Assembly (NCBI GenBank): GCA_964450605.1
Contig: CAYVEK010000001.1
Span: forward strand, 224,597 to 288,596
DNA from: an uncultured Candidatus Saccharibacteria bacterium
Lineage (GTDB): Bacteria; Patescibacteriota; Minisyncoccia; Phycocordibacterales; CAIZLB01
Reading direction: 5' to 3'
Length of the DNA stretch: 64,000 nucleotides
The notes below the pieces were generated by a model. It was not told the origin of the DNA. It searched no databases and saw nothing but the letters and a program-made list of their open reading frames with translations. The translations under genes and the position numbers were made by a program. Shown here piece after piece: positions 1-9,928 of this stretch (position 1 is its first letter; every line of letters starts with the position of its first letter).

Positions 1-2
1 CT

Positions 3-524
3 GTATATACATATGCACTTATGGCTCGGCCGAAAAATGGTCTATTTATCACAGTTGAAGATGAAAGCGTTGATATTTCATATATACGAGAAGGAAAAGT
101 TGATGTCCATGTTTTTATACCAGAATCATATTACCATCTCGAACAAAAAGTTATGACGCTTTTGGACGCTGATGAAAAAACTGTTCGAGACATACTAGCA
201 TCACGATCAAGTCCTACAGTTCTGGAAAAAGGCAAAAAACTATCACGACACATATGGCCAGATCTAACAGAGTCTGTGAGACAGCAAGTTGATGATCTGG
301 TAAATGAACACTATAAAGTTGTTATGAAATATATCTACAGTCTTATAGATCAGGTAAAACAGGATAAAACATTTTCTGGCGAAGAAGTTCGTATCTGCTC
401 TCTAAGCAGTATGTTGGCCATCGTGTATGGGTACGGACTTGGAAAACTGATCAAGGACGATGTGTATATAAAAAACACCCTTAAAGTTTCAGAAGAATCT
501 ATCTACATAGACTATTTGTTTTAA
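3..524 (+). CDS. Hypothetical protein, possibly the C-terminal part of an FtsA/actin-like fold protein (5' end probably outside the window)
   Basis: Frame is open from the window edge; beta-strand/helix pattern (FITVEDESVDISYIREG...HVFIP) loosely resembles actin-like ATPase subdomains. Confidence 0.4.
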   Translation, partial: VYTYALMARPKNGLFITVEDESVDISYIREGKVDVHVFIPESYYHLEQKVMTLLDADEKTVRDILASRSSPTVLEKGKKLSRHIWPDLTESVRQQVDDLVNEHYKVVMKYIYSLIDQVKQDKTFSGEEVRICSLSSMLAIVYGYGLGKLIKDDVYIKNTLKVSEESIYIDYLF

Positions 525-551
525 AGACAACTCAATATATACTATAGGTAT

Positions 552-1769
552 ATGTACTCAGACATCATACCTCCCAAGAAAAATAATTCTATACGAAATA
601 TTAGTCTAGAAAGGTTTGACGAGCTCGAACCGATCGCTGAGCAACCATATCGACCAGGCAAACATCCGGGTCATGATAGATCATTTCCAAAATTTTTCTT
701 ATTTCTTGTATTAGGAGTTTTGGTTGTTGGTGGTGTTGTATATGCTAAGTTTATAGAAAGAACCACCCTCACTTTTTTATCAAAAACAACAACACTTGAT
801 ATACGAGAAAAGTTTCCAGCCATGGTACAAAAAGATGATGTTGTAGCACCTGACGGTACAGTGTACTACAACTTGGTATATATCTCAGGAAAAGAAAAAA
901 GAGAAAACCCATTTGTACCGGTAGTTAAAAGCGCAACAAGTACAAATAAAACATTTACTGACGCTGATTTAAAACCAGTAACAGCAGTTTCAACTTCAAC
1001 AAACTCTACAACCACCGTATATCTTGTAAATGAAACAGGTGAGAGTATTCCACTTCGAGCAACAACTCGTATCGATATTGGGGGTACTATATACTCACTC
1101 CCATCTAGTGTTACAGTAAGTGCCACAAAAAATGCTTCTATATTTGCCAAGAAACAAAAATACTATCTACCTGGTTTTAAGGGTACTCCTGCTTACAACT
1201 CTCTTTATGCAGTCAAAACTGATGGACCTTTGGATATACCAGAAAAAACAACAACGACAGGAACTACAACTCAATCAGTTGCTGTAGCTTCTACAGATAG
1301 TACAACTGTACCTGAGGATATAATATCATTACTTCCAAAAACAAACATAGCTCTTAAAAAACATACCATCTATGATCAGATAGCTGATCAACCTGCTGTA
1401 GTTGTGTTTAACAAGCAAGAACTCCTTAAAGTAATAGAAAAGAAAAATCCTGGATTACAGGATTATATGAAAGCGTTTAAACCATTATCAGATGTTGTCG
1501 AGTTTGATATAGATATTTCAGATTATGATTTAGATGTATCTCCTGAAACCGGTCGACCAGTAACGATAAAGCGTATTGTTTTGGAGATTAAGCCACTATT
1601 TAAAACCGATGAGATTAAAAAGGCTTTTGCCCATTTCAATGTAGATACAATGGAAAAAATAAGGGTTCAACTTGGTGATTTTTCTAGTGTACAAGTGAAA
1701 AATACACCGTTTTGGAGCAGGGAAGTTGCAGAGGAGGGTAAAGTTGAGGTTATTATAGAAGAAAATTAA
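552..1769 (+). CDS. Membrane-anchored surface protein, weakly baseplate-J-like middle domain
   Basis: 405 aa, single N-terminal TM (FFLFLVLGVLVVGGVVY), Thr-rich linkers, LPGFKGTPAY segment. Confidence 0.5.
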   Translation: MYSDIIPPKKNNSIRNISLERFDELEPIAEQPYRPGKHPGHDRSFPKFFLFLVLGVLVVGGVVYAKFIERTTLTFLSKTTTLDIREKFPAMVQKDDVVAPDGTVYYNLVYISGKEKRENPFVPVVKSATSTNKTFTDADLKPVTAVSTSTNSTTTVYLVNETGESIPLRATTRIDIGGTIYSLPSSVTVSATKNASIFAKKQKYYLPGFKGTPAYNSLYAVKTDGPLDIPEKTTTTGTTTQSVAVASTDSTTVPEDIISLLPKTNIALKKHTIYDQIADQPAVVVFNKQELLKVIEKKNPGLQDYMKAFKPLSDVVEFDIDISDYDLDVSPETGRPVTIKRIVLEIKPLFKTDEIKKAFAHFNVDTMEKIRVQLGDFSSVQVKNTPFWSREVAEEGKVEVIIEEN

Positions 1770-1821
1770 TCTAAGGCTGTATAGTTGCCAAAAAGCAACA
1801 AAAAAGCTACTATATGTCAAT

Positions 1822-2031
1822 ATGTCAGAGGAAAAAGTGATTTTAACAGGAACAGTTGTTGAGGCTTTGCCAGACACACATTTTCGAATACAGCTCGAAG
1901 ATGGTGTTATTATGCTTGCCTATCTAAGTGGAAAGATGAGATATAATCGTATTCGAATACTTGTTGGAGATACTGTAGAAATAGAGCTAGATTCACACGG
2001 CGGAAAACCAAGGATTGTTAGACGAAAATAG
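1822..2031 (+). CDS. infA: Translation initiation factor IF-1
   Basis: GTVVEALP...AYLSGKMRYNRIRILVGDTV motif. Confidence 0.97.
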   Translation: MSEEKVILTGTVVEALPDTHFRIQLEDGVIMLAYLSGKMRYNRIRILVGDTVEIELDSHGGKPRIVRRK

Positions 2032-2045
2032 GTTAGACTATACAT

Positions 2046-3404
2046 ATGACTCAAAATATAATTACCCGTTTCCCTCCATCACCGACTGGACATGCCCATA
2101 TCGGTTCATATCGAACTGCTATTTTCAACTATCTATTTGCCCGAAAACATAAAGGCAAGTTTTTATTGCGAATAGAAGATACTGATAAAGCACGATCACA
2201 AAAAGAGTATCAAGATGGAATTATAGAGAGTCTTAAGTGGCTTGGATTGGAGTATGATGATTTTTCTATTCAGACAAACAATGTAGAAAAGCATACTGCC
2301 GCAATGAATGCGATGATAGAAAAAGGCTTGGCTTATATATCTCATGAAGAGGCAAAAGATGGGAGTGGTGTGATGAAAGATGTTGTTCGTTTTAAAAACC
2401 CGAACAAAGTCGTTACGTTTACAGATCTTATACTTGGAGATATATCAGTAGATACAACAGATCTTGGTGATTTTGTTATCGGCAGAAACATACACGATCC
2501 ACTATATCACCTGGCTGTTACTGTTGATGATATAAACTCAGGTGTTACTCACGTTATACGAGGTATGGATCATATTTCAAATACTCCACGACAGATACTG
2601 CTTATAGAGGCTATGGGAGGTTCTATGCCCATATATGCCCACATACCACTAGTTTTAGGTGAGGACAAGCAAAAACTATCTAAGCGAAAAGGTGCACTTT
2701 CTGTACTTGAATATGAGAAAAGAGGATATCTTCCTCAAGCTATACTAAACGCTGCTACATTTATAGGATTTAACCCTGGTGGTGAGAAAGAGATATATAC
2801 AAAAGAAGAACTCATAGATGTATTTGATATAACAAGGGTGCAAAAAGCAGGTGCTGTGTTTAATCCTGTAAAACTTGACTGGTTCAACCAGGAGCACATG
2901 AAGCTACTGTCTGAAAATGAATATCTAACACGAGCACATGCTTTTGTTCCGGAAGAATTAAAAACAGAAGCGTTTGATGCCGTTCTCAATAAAGTATTAC
3001 TTGCACAAAGAGATAGACTTGTATATTTTGGACAGATTCCTGAAGTTCTTACTGAGGCATCATATACATACACAGATATCGATACACCATCCGTAGAACT
3101 ACTCATGGTTCCAGAAAAGCTTCGAAAAGATACAGTTGTAACTAAACAAAGCACAAAAGATATTCTTGAAAAAGTTTTGGAGATTATAAAAGGTATCGAG
3201 GAGCAAGATTTTACAACAGCCGAATCTGTAAAACCATCTCTATGGGATTTGGCTGAAAAAGAAGGACGAGGTATTGTATTGTGGCCGTTACGTATCGCTC
3301 TTACAAATAAAGAAAAGTCTTTTGATCCATTTACAACACTTTCTATCTTGGGAAAAGATACATCTATACAACGAATAGAGAAGGCTATACAAGCTTTACA
3401 ATAG
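2046..3404 (+). CDS. gltX: Glutamate--tRNA ligase
   Basis: RFPPSPTGHAHIG, LRIEDTD, THVIRGMDH, KLSKR motifs. Confidence 0.97.
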   Translation: MTQNIITRFPPSPTGHAHIGSYRTAIFNYLFARKHKGKFLLRIEDTDKARSQKEYQDGIIESLKWLGLEYDDFSIQTNNVEKHTAAMNAMIEKGLAYISHEEAKDGSGVMKDVVRFKNPNKVVTFTDLILGDISVDTTDLGDFVIGRNIHDPLYHLAVTVDDINSGVTHVIRGMDHISNTPRQILLIEAMGGSMPIYAHIPLVLGEDKQKLSKRKGALSVLEYEKRGYLPQAILNAATFIGFNPGGEKEIYTKEELIDVFDITRVQKAGAVFNPVKLDWFNQEHMKLLSENEYLTRAHAFVPEELKTEAFDAVLNKVLLAQRDRLVYFGQIPEVLTEASYTYTDIDTPSVELLMVPEKLRKDTVVTKQSTKDILEKVLEIIKGIEEQDFTTAESVKPSLWDLAEKEGRGIVLWPLRIALTNKEKSFDPFTTLSILGKDTSIQRIEKAIQALQ

Positions 3405-3428
3405 CCTGTCTGTGATATACTTAAGGGT

Positions 3429-4706
3429 ATGAGGTTTTTGTCTATAATCCTGATGTGTTTCCTACTTGTTGGCATAACTATGCCAGGAAGTTATGTTTCG
3501 TTTGCGCAAACACCCGAAGAGCTACAGAAACAGATAGATGAACGAGCTCGTGTTATTGCTGAGCTTGAAAAAGAGATCAAAACATATACAGAACTAACAA
3601 ACAAAACAAGTAAAGAGGCTCAGACTCTTGCAAAATACATCAAAGACCTTGAAAGTCAGGTTAAGGTTATCAACCTTGATATTAAAAAAAGCCAGACAGC
3701 TATAGATAAACACAATCTTGAGATCAAGAAGATCGGCAATGCTATATCAGGAAATGAGCGAAAACTTGAGGTTATGCATGCAGGACTCAAAGAGAGTATA
3801 CTTGCACAATATGAGGCTGATAATATGAACGTGATAGAAAACTTTTTGAGTAATAAAAACATATTAGCTTCAGTGCAAGATGTAGATCATCTACGTATCA
3901 TACAGGGAAATATAAAAGAAACAGTGGGGCAAGTGGTCGAAACTAAAGAATCTTTACAAGAAGATCAGGTTGAAGAGCTTGAAAAAAGAAAAGAACTAGA
4001 AGCTGAGAAAGAGAAGCTTCGAATAAAACAACAAACTCTTGATCTTAATAAAGAGGCTCAGAAAAAAGAGTTGGAGATAACTAAAAAACAGGAAAGCAAT
4101 TATAAAAAAATAATCGAAGATAGAAAAAAGAAAAAAGCAGCATTTGAAAAAGAGTTGTTTGATTATGAAGCAAAACTAAAGTACGTTCTCGATCCAAAAT
4201 CTCTACCCAAAGCCGGTTCAAAAGCTCTATCATGGCCTCTTGATGATGTTCTTATTACACAAAAGTTTGGTGTTACAAATGCATCAAAGCGATTGTATGT
4301 ATCAGGAAGTCATAATGGTGTTGATTTTCGAGCTACGGTTGGTACACCAGTAAAATCTGCCGGAAATGGAACTGTTGCTGGTACAGGTAACACAGATGCA
4401 GTATGTGCAGGAGTTTCTTTTGGAAAATGGATTCTTATAAAATACGACAATGGTTTGGCAACAACCTATGGTCACTTGTCCAAGATAGAGGTAAAAGATG
4501 GTCAGCGTGTTACTGACGGACAACTTGTAGGGTACAGCGGCAATACCGGCTATTCTACAGGCCCCCACCTTCATGTGAGTGCATATGCAGCTGATGCTGT
4601 AAATGTTATCACTCGTCCAAGTGCATCGTGTCCGGGAAAGAGTTTGACTATGCCGGTGTCTGCTGTGAGTGCTTATCTGGATCCTCTTGTGTATTTTCCG
4701 AAGTAG
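3429..4706 (+). CDS. Coiled-coil M23 family peptidoglycan DD-endopeptidase (EnvC-like architecture)
   Basis: Signal peptide, long coiled coil, HNGVD and STGPHLH M23 motifs. Confidence 0.92.
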   Translation: MRFLSIILMCFLLVGITMPGSYVSFAQTPEELQKQIDERARVIAELEKEIKTYTELTNKTSKEAQTLAKYIKDLESQVKVINLDIKKSQTAIDKHNLEIKKIGNAISGNERKLEVMHAGLKESILAQYEADNMNVIENFLSNKNILASVQDVDHLRIIQGNIKETVGQVVETKESLQEDQVEELEKRKELEAEKEKLRIKQQTLDLNKEAQKKELEITKKQESNYKKIIEDRKKKKAAFEKELFDYEAKLKYVLDPKSLPKAGSKALSWPLDDVLITQKFGVTNASKRLYVSGSHNGVDFRATVGTPVKSAGNGTVAGTGNTDAVCAGVSFGKWILIKYDNGLATTYGHLSKIEVKDGQRVTDGQLVGYSGNTGYSTGPHLHVSAYAADAVNVITRPSASCPGKSLTMPVSAVSAYLDPLVYFPK

Positions 4707-4763
4707 TGGGACTGGGGGTTGATCTTTTCTATATATTGACTGATATGGTATCATAGCGCACAT

Positions 4764-5864
4764 ATGAAAGACTATTACAAAGTACTCGGAGTTGAAAAAA
4801 GTGCCTCACAGGACGAGATTAAAAAAGCCTTTCGAAAACTAGCTTTGGAGCATCATCCTGATAAAAACGGAGGTAAAGATGAAAAATTTAAAGAGATAAA
4901 TGAAGCCTATAGTGTTTTAAGCGATGAACAGAAACGAAAACAATATGACACGTATGGTTCTGCTGGTCCAAACATGGGTGGAGGTGCGGGAGGTTTTGGC
5001 GGTTTTGATTTTTCAGGATTTCAGCAAGGTGCTCAAAATATGGAATTTGATTTAGGAGATATTTTTGGATCATTTTTCGGCGGAGGTGGACGAGGTCGTG
5101 GATCAAGAGGTGGACATGCACGAGCACGTGGAGCAGATATACAGGTTGATGTTGAAGTAACGTTCAAAGAATCAGCTCTAGGTGTTGACCGAACCATAGA
5201 GTATGGCCGACACGCATCATGTGTGACATGTAAAGGTACACGAGCGGAACCGGGTAGTGAGGTAAAAAACTGTTCAAACTGTCACGGCTCAGGTTATGTA
5301 GTTAAACTGCAACGTTCTATTTTTGGAAATATAGAACAGCAGGTCGAATGTGAAATTTGTGAAGGGGCAGGAAAGATCCCTACAAAAAAATGTCATACTT
5401 GTCATGGTGCCGGTATAACAAAACAAAAAGAACAAGTGACTATACACATACCTGCAGGCATAGAAACAGGAGAATCTCTCCGGGTATCAGGACGCGGTGA
5501 AGCTGTGTCAGGTGCAGGAAGTCAGGCCGGCGATCTGTATGTTCGAGTACGAGTTAAAGCTGATGCTCATTTTAAAAAAGAAAGGAGTACAGTTTATATG
5601 ACGCACAGTATTCCTCTTTCACTTGCAGTTGCGGGTGGTGATACGAAGGTTCATTCTTTTGATCAAGATTTTACACTCAGTATCCCATCTGGAGTTGTAA
5701 ATGGTGAAGTTCTTCGTGCTCGAGAAAAGGGAGGAGTGCTTGATAGTTCTCGCGGTAATTCAAAACGGGGTGATCTTATGATTACTATAAAAGTTGAAAT
5801 GCCTAAAAAAATAAATGGCGATATAAAACAAGCTGTTGAGTTATTGAAGAAAGCTGGATATTAA
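4764..5864 (+). CDS. dnaJ: Chaperone DnaJ
   Basis: J domain with HPD, G/F-rich region, four CxxCxGxG-type repeats. Confidence 0.97.
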   Translation: MKDYYKVLGVEKSASQDEIKKAFRKLALEHHPDKNGGKDEKFKEINEAYSVLSDEQKRKQYDTYGSAGPNMGGGAGGFGGFDFSGFQQGAQNMEFDLGDIFGSFFGGGGRGRGSRGGHARARGADIQVDVEVTFKESALGVDRTIEYGRHASCVTCKGTRAEPGSEVKNCSNCHGSGYVVKLQRSIFGNIEQQVECEICEGAGKIPTKKCHTCHGAGITKQKEQVTIHIPAGIETGESLRVSGRGEAVSGAGSQAGDLYVRVRVKADAHFKKERSTVYMTHSIPLSLAVAGGDTKVHSFDQDFTLSIPSGVVNGEVLRAREKGGVLDSSRGNSKRGDLMITIKVEMPKKINGDIKQAVELLKKAGY

Positions 5865-5879
5865 ACTATAATAAAGTGC

Positions 5880-6368
5880 ATGGAATATTTAGCACTATAT
5901 TCAGTTTTACTTGTATTTATTTTACTTTCGTTTGTTCGAGGTAAGCATGTTTTATTTAACATTATTATCATGGCATATCCAACTGCTGTGATATATAAAG
6001 CCATACTTGATAGCGGTGCAGATAAGTTTGTAAATTCACTTGATTACGGATTGAGTTCATTTACATGGCATTTGATATTATTTTTGATTGTACTTGTGCC
6101 TGTATATATGTCTCTCATTCGCATTGTAAATTCTTTTAGACTAACTCATAGTCTCAAAGGGGTAGTGGAGTCGATCATACTTTCAGTAGGTATAGTTCTT
6201 CTTACTATTGGTATATGTTTCCATATATTGCCAGACAAGGATGTATTCAACCTAACTCGACCTGTTGAAATTTTCTTCCAGTCGGACCTCGGCTACCTTG
6301 TGTGTATGGTTGTACCTATGCTTTCAGTGTTCTTGCTATCAAAACAAAAAGATGAGATTCCTTTATAA
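5880..6368 (+). CDS. Hypothetical multi-pass membrane protein
   Basis: 162 aa with several hydrophobic segments; -10 tataat just upstream. Confidence 0.75.
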   Translation: MEYLALYSVLLVFILLSFVRGKHVLFNIIIMAYPTAVIYKAILDSGADKFVNSLDYGLSSFTWHLILFLIVLVPVYMSLIRIVNSFRLTHSLKGVVESIILSVGIVLLTIGICFHILPDKDVFNLTRPVEIFFQSDLGYLVCMVVPMLSVFLLSKQKDEIPL

Positions 6369-6426
6369 AATAAGCTCAAAATATACATATATTGTCAAAT
6401 AATATAATATATGATATAATATTAAC

Positions 6427-7164
6427 ATGACAAAAACCTTTCAAGAAGATTCAGATTTACGAGAAAAAGTGCAGATGTTTTTGCAGGCTATTATAAAATT
6501 GTCTCTTAATATCTTTTTTGCGATATTTTTCAAACTTGAAGTTATAGGTGCAGAACAGGCTGTAACAGCAGTAAAAGAAGCACGTAAAAATCATAAAGGT
6601 ATATTATTCGCTGCCAATCATACAAGTGAGCTCGATGGTCCTGTCGTTCGTTCATTTCTCCCGTTTAGAATTTTTACATATCCGATGTACTACGTAGCAA
6701 TGACACAAGAGCATTATCACAGAGGTTGGCTCGATTGGCGAACATACTTATACGGAGGATGGTTGTTTAAGCTTCTCGGTGCATTTCCAGCGTATAAGGG
6801 AATGCGAGATTACCAAGCTTCACTTATAAACCATATTGGTCTTCTTGAAGAAGGAAAGATTGTGTGTATTTTTCCAGAAGGAAAGATAAGTGTTGATACA
6901 TCATATCCTGCAGAAGCAAAAGGTGGTATAGGCTTTCTAGCTGAGTCTACTCGTACAGATATTATTCCAGTCAAAATGGAAGGCTTGCGACGAATTCAGT
7001 GGCACAAAGTATTTCTATTTCAAAGACCATCTGTGCGTATAGAATATAAACCACTCTTACAGATCGACGCGCTCATACAAAATGCTCGTGACGCTCATAT
7101 ACCAACAGGTATAGAAACCAACAAACATGTCGCACATCAAATTATGACTAAGATACGAGAATAG
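6427..7164 (+). CDS. plsC: 1-acyl-sn-glycerol-3-phosphate acyltransferase family
   Basis: ANHTSELD and IFPEG motifs. Confidence 0.85.
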   Translation: MTKTFQEDSDLREKVQMFLQAIIKLSLNIFFAIFFKLEVIGAEQAVTAVKEARKNHKGILFAANHTSELDGPVVRSFLPFRIFTYPMYYVAMTQEHYHRGWLDWRTYLYGGWLFKLLGAFPAYKGMRDYQASLINHIGLLEEGKIVCIFPEGKISVDTSYPAEAKGGIGFLAESTRTDIIPVKMEGLRRIQWHKVFLFQRPSVRIEYKPLLQIDALIQNARDAHIPTGIETNKHVAHQIMTKIRE

Positions 7165-7168
7165 GTTC

Positions 7169-7207
7169 AAAAAATAAAACTCTACACTTCTGTAGAGTTT
7201 TATTTTT
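7169..7207. terminator. Bidirectional intrinsic terminator between plsC and efp
   Basis: aaaaataaaactctaca-cttc-tgtagagttttattttt. Confidence 0.85.
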
Positions 7208-7219
7208 ATATAAGTTGGT

Positions 7220-7786
7220 TTATTTTGAAACTCGCTCTGCGTATTCACCAGTTTCTGTGTTGATGCGTACTATGTCTCCCGGTTCGATGAACATAGGGCT
7301 CAAAATAGTTGCTCCTGTCTCAAGAGTGATGATCTTGTTACCACCTTTGGCTGTATCTCCTCGAACTGCTGGAGGAGCTTCTGTAACCTCTAGGTCGACC
7401 TTGGCAGGGAGACGAACTCCGATAGGTGTATCTCCAAAATATTTTACATCGATGATAGAGTTCGCTTTTAGAAACTTTCTACTATCTCCGATAAGAGTGT
7501 CTTGAAGCTGGAATCTGTCGGCTGGGTTATTTTCAGCGCAGAACCACCATTCTCCTTTATTGTTATATAAATATTTAACTTTTCTCATCTCGATATCAGC
7601 TTCTTCCGTTTTATCAGTTGCTTGAAAAGCGTGCTCTACAACACGACCGCTCAACATGTTTCGCATCTTAACTGCGTTTACAGGTTTTCGCATCTGTTTT
7701 CGGAATACATGAGAATCTAGGATCTCATAAGGCTCATCTTCGAAGATGATCATTTTTCTTTGTACGATCTCGTTATAATCTAGCAT
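7220..7786 (-). CDS. efp: Elongation factor P
   Basis: PPAVRGDTA, LETGATI..PMFIEPGDIVRINTETGEYAERV C-terminal motifs. Confidence 0.95.
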   Translation of the reverse strand: MLDYNEIVQRKMIIFEDEPYEILDSHVFRKQMRKPVNAVKMRNMLSGRVVEHAFQATDKTEEADIEMRKVKYLYNNKGEWWFCAENNPADRFQLQDTLIGDSRKFLKANSIIDVKYFGDTPIGVRLPAKVDLEVTEAPPAVRGDTAKGGNKIITLETGATILSPMFIEPGDIVRINTETGEYAERVSK

Positions 7787-7825
7787 TTAGTTAATATAAT
7801 TGATTTTAGAGAGTATTGCAATCAT

Positions 7826-7874
7826 AAAAAAAGAACCCTCCCGAACCGCACAGGGGGTGCGGTGGGAGGGGGTC
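7826..7874 (-). terminator. Bulged GC-rich terminator of solo cassette
   Basis: Minus strand ccctccc-accgcac-cccct-gtgcggt-tc-gggaggg-ttcttttttt. Confidence 0.8.
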
Positions 7875-8123
7875 TTAATCAACTCGTTCGAGCCAGGCAC
7901 TAGATATCGGCACATCCACGTGCTCTAGCTGAACGCGCTGGCGGCCTTCCAGTTTCTCGTGAGGCGCAGCCCACCTGACGATATAGATCCGCCCTTGAAC
8001 AAGGAGCGATTCTACCTCGTCGGGTATATAGGTACTACCCATTCTTCTGACCCTTTCGTCAGGAGAAGCCATTTTAACACGGTCCCCATTTTGAAAAACG
8101 GGGAAAAGAGTGCTTGAGGTCAT
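7875..8123 (-). CDS. GC-rich ORFan (82 aa), small SH3/KOW-like beta-barrel candidate
   Basis: FQNGDRVKM...LERV pattern; own TTGACA promoter (8194-8199) and terminator; A/C-rich leader before ATG 8123. Confidence 0.7.
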   Translation of the reverse strand: MTSSTLFPVFQNGDRVKMASPDERVRRMGSTYIPDEVESLLVQGRIYIVRWAAPHEKLEGRQRVQLEHVDVPISSAWLERVD

Positions 8124-8203
8124 GTTGTTGGTTCTGGTCGTGCAAGACGACATTGTCCTGCTGTTTTATTATATTACTATTGAATATTAAAAATGTCAAA
8201 TTA

Positions 8204-8228
8204 AAAACGACCCTGCGCAGGTCGTTTT
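8204..8228. terminator. Isolated hairpin terminator between divergent cassettes
   Basis: aaaacgacc-ctgcgca-ggtcgtttt. Confidence 0.65.
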
Positions 8229-8328
8229 ATAGGAATTATTCATTCCAAGGATGGTTTAATTTTTTCATTTTTTAATTTAGTTAAGTTTAATAATTATTAA
8301 TTATAGATCTCAATAGTTTTAAACTAAA

Positions 8329-8356
8329 TTGACAGATATCAAAGAAGTGGTACAAT
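8329..8356 (+). promoter_or_regulatory. sigma70 promoter
   Basis: TTGACA-16-TACAAT with extended TG. Confidence 0.75.
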
Positions 8357-8420
8357 AATAATCCAGAAGCACTTTCACAATTCCGTGAGATGTTTTCTAT
8401 TCTCCAAACCATTCCACAAT

Positions 8421-8771
8421 ATGCCATATTCCATGAAACCTACCTCTCAGAAATTCATCACCGCCGGCTTTTGGACCCTTGTCATTTCAACAGTTCTCTC
8501 GATCATATCTTTTTCATTCATCCGCTACGGTGAAGCCAAAGAACAAGCAGGCATTGAAAAGGCTGTCAGGGCCTACGAAGGCGGTATTGTCCGCCTGGAG
8601 CATCCGAACAGGATGTATGCCACAGGGAAAGATGTCCCTGATTTCCGGCTCCGCTTTGGACTCTTCGTGAGCCCTCAAGTGTCCAGTGATGGAAAATACT
8701 TCGTTCTCGACGAAGATGAAAACCTTCCCATCGCAGCAACCCCACCACCACCACCACCACCAAAGCCGTAA
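8421..8771 (+). CDS. GC-rich ORFan, single TM, C-terminal polyproline
   Basis: TM FWTLVISTVLSIISFSFI; ends ATPPPPPPPKP; own promoter and terminator. Confidence 0.75.
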   Translation: MPYSMKPTSQKFITAGFWTLVISTVLSIISFSFIRYGEAKEQAGIEKAVRAYEGGIVRLEHPNRMYATGKDVPDFRLRFGLFVSPQVSSDGKYFVLDEDENLPIAATPPPPPPPKP

Positions 8772-8791
8772 AACCGACCCCTTCCCTCACG

Positions 8792-8834
8792 AAAACCCGT
8801 AGGCGTCCCACACAGGGATCCCTGCGGGTTTTTT
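8792..8834 (+). terminator. Terminator with internal loop
   Basis: aaaacccgtagg-cg-tccc-acaca-ggga-tc-cctgcgggtttttt. Confidence 0.8.
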
Positions 8835-8864
8835 CATTTACAGACTTATGATACAATCATACCC

Positions 8865-9506
8865 ATGATACTAAACTTTTTCGGCAATCAATTTTTCAAA
8901 TTCCAGGTAGGTGACACAGTTTTGGCAACTGACCCTTTTTCAAAAGAATCAGAGTATAAGGCGGGCAAGTTCGGCGCAGACATCGTGCTTCAGTCTACTT
9001 TGCATGAAGATATGTCTGGGGGTGTTGATCTTTCATACGGTTCAAAAGAGCCACATGTTATCAAAGGTCCTGGTGAGTATGAGGTTTCAAATATTTTTAT
9101 AAAAGGACACGGTACATACAGTAACTATGGGGAAGTAGATAGTGATGCGGGCACAACGTATTACACATTTGAGTTTGATGGTATACGAGTTGTATTTTTA
9201 GGGGCTATTGGTCGTGATGAATCTAAAACAGATAAGAAGTTTTTAAACATAGAAGGTGATGTTGATATGTTATTTATTCCTGTCACAGGAGATGGTCGCT
9301 TAAACGCGAAGCAGGCTGCAGAGTATATAAATAACTTGGAGCCAAAGATAGTCATCCCTATGGGTTTTGCAAATACAAAAGACGCAACACTTCAAGCATT
9401 TATAAAAGAGTTGGGGGCAGGTAGCGCAGAAACAGTAGACAAACTTACACTAAAAAAGAAAGATGTAGATGCCTGTGCTCAAAAGCTGTACATCTTGAGT
9501 GTCTAG
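8865..9506 (+). CDS. MBL-fold (lactamase B_3-like) metallo-hydrolase
   Basis: TDPF, GPGEYEV, VDMLFIPV, LEPKIVIPM motifs; metal ligands partly degenerate. Confidence 0.85.
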   Translation: MILNFFGNQFFKFQVGDTVLATDPFSKESEYKAGKFGADIVLQSTLHEDMSGGVDLSYGSKEPHVIKGPGEYEVSNIFIKGHGTYSNYGEVDSDAGTTYYTFEFDGIRVVFLGAIGRDESKTDKKFLNIEGDVDMLFIPVTGDGRLNAKQAAEYINNLEPKIVIPMGFANTKDATLQAFIKELGAGSAETVDKLTLKKKDVDACAQKLYILSV

Positions 9507-9524
9507 TTATATACTTAAACATAT

Positions 9525-9899
9525 ATGAGTCAGAAAGTTTCTCTCAAAGAAAAACTTGAATCTGAAATACAGCACGTGGCACACGATGTTGAGGATTTTG
9601 TATATGAAAAATGGCACCATCGTCTACATAAGAAAGCTCGTCATCATGTTCACAAACTTCGAGCTCGTCCAGATCATCATAAAAAGGCTATAGCTTTTTC
9701 CGTTTCTTTTGTTGTAACTATTGTTGTATTTGGTTTGTGGTATGTGTTTTCTATGCCACGTATATTTGAAGATTATAGAGTAACGCAAGCTCAAAACGAA
9801 CGACTTGGTGAGACCATAAATCCTTTGGATGATATGAAGCAGATGTATGATCAACGTAAAAATGAAGCATCAGCAATAGGTGCTATTCAGGTAGAATAA
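9525..9899 (+). CDS. Hypothetical single-pass membrane protein with His/Lys-rich N-terminal region
   Basis: HHRLHKKARHHVHK then TM AIAFSVSFVVTIVVFGLWYVF. Confidence 0.75.
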   Translation: MSQKVSLKEKLESEIQHVAHDVEDFVYEKWHHRLHKKARHHVHKLRARPDHHKKAIAFSVSFVVTIVVFGLWYVFSMPRIFEDYRVTQAQNERLGETINPLDDMKQMYDQRKNEASAIGAIQVE

Positions 9900-9928
9900 G
9901 CCTGTTTTTCATGCTACTATAGCAGAGT

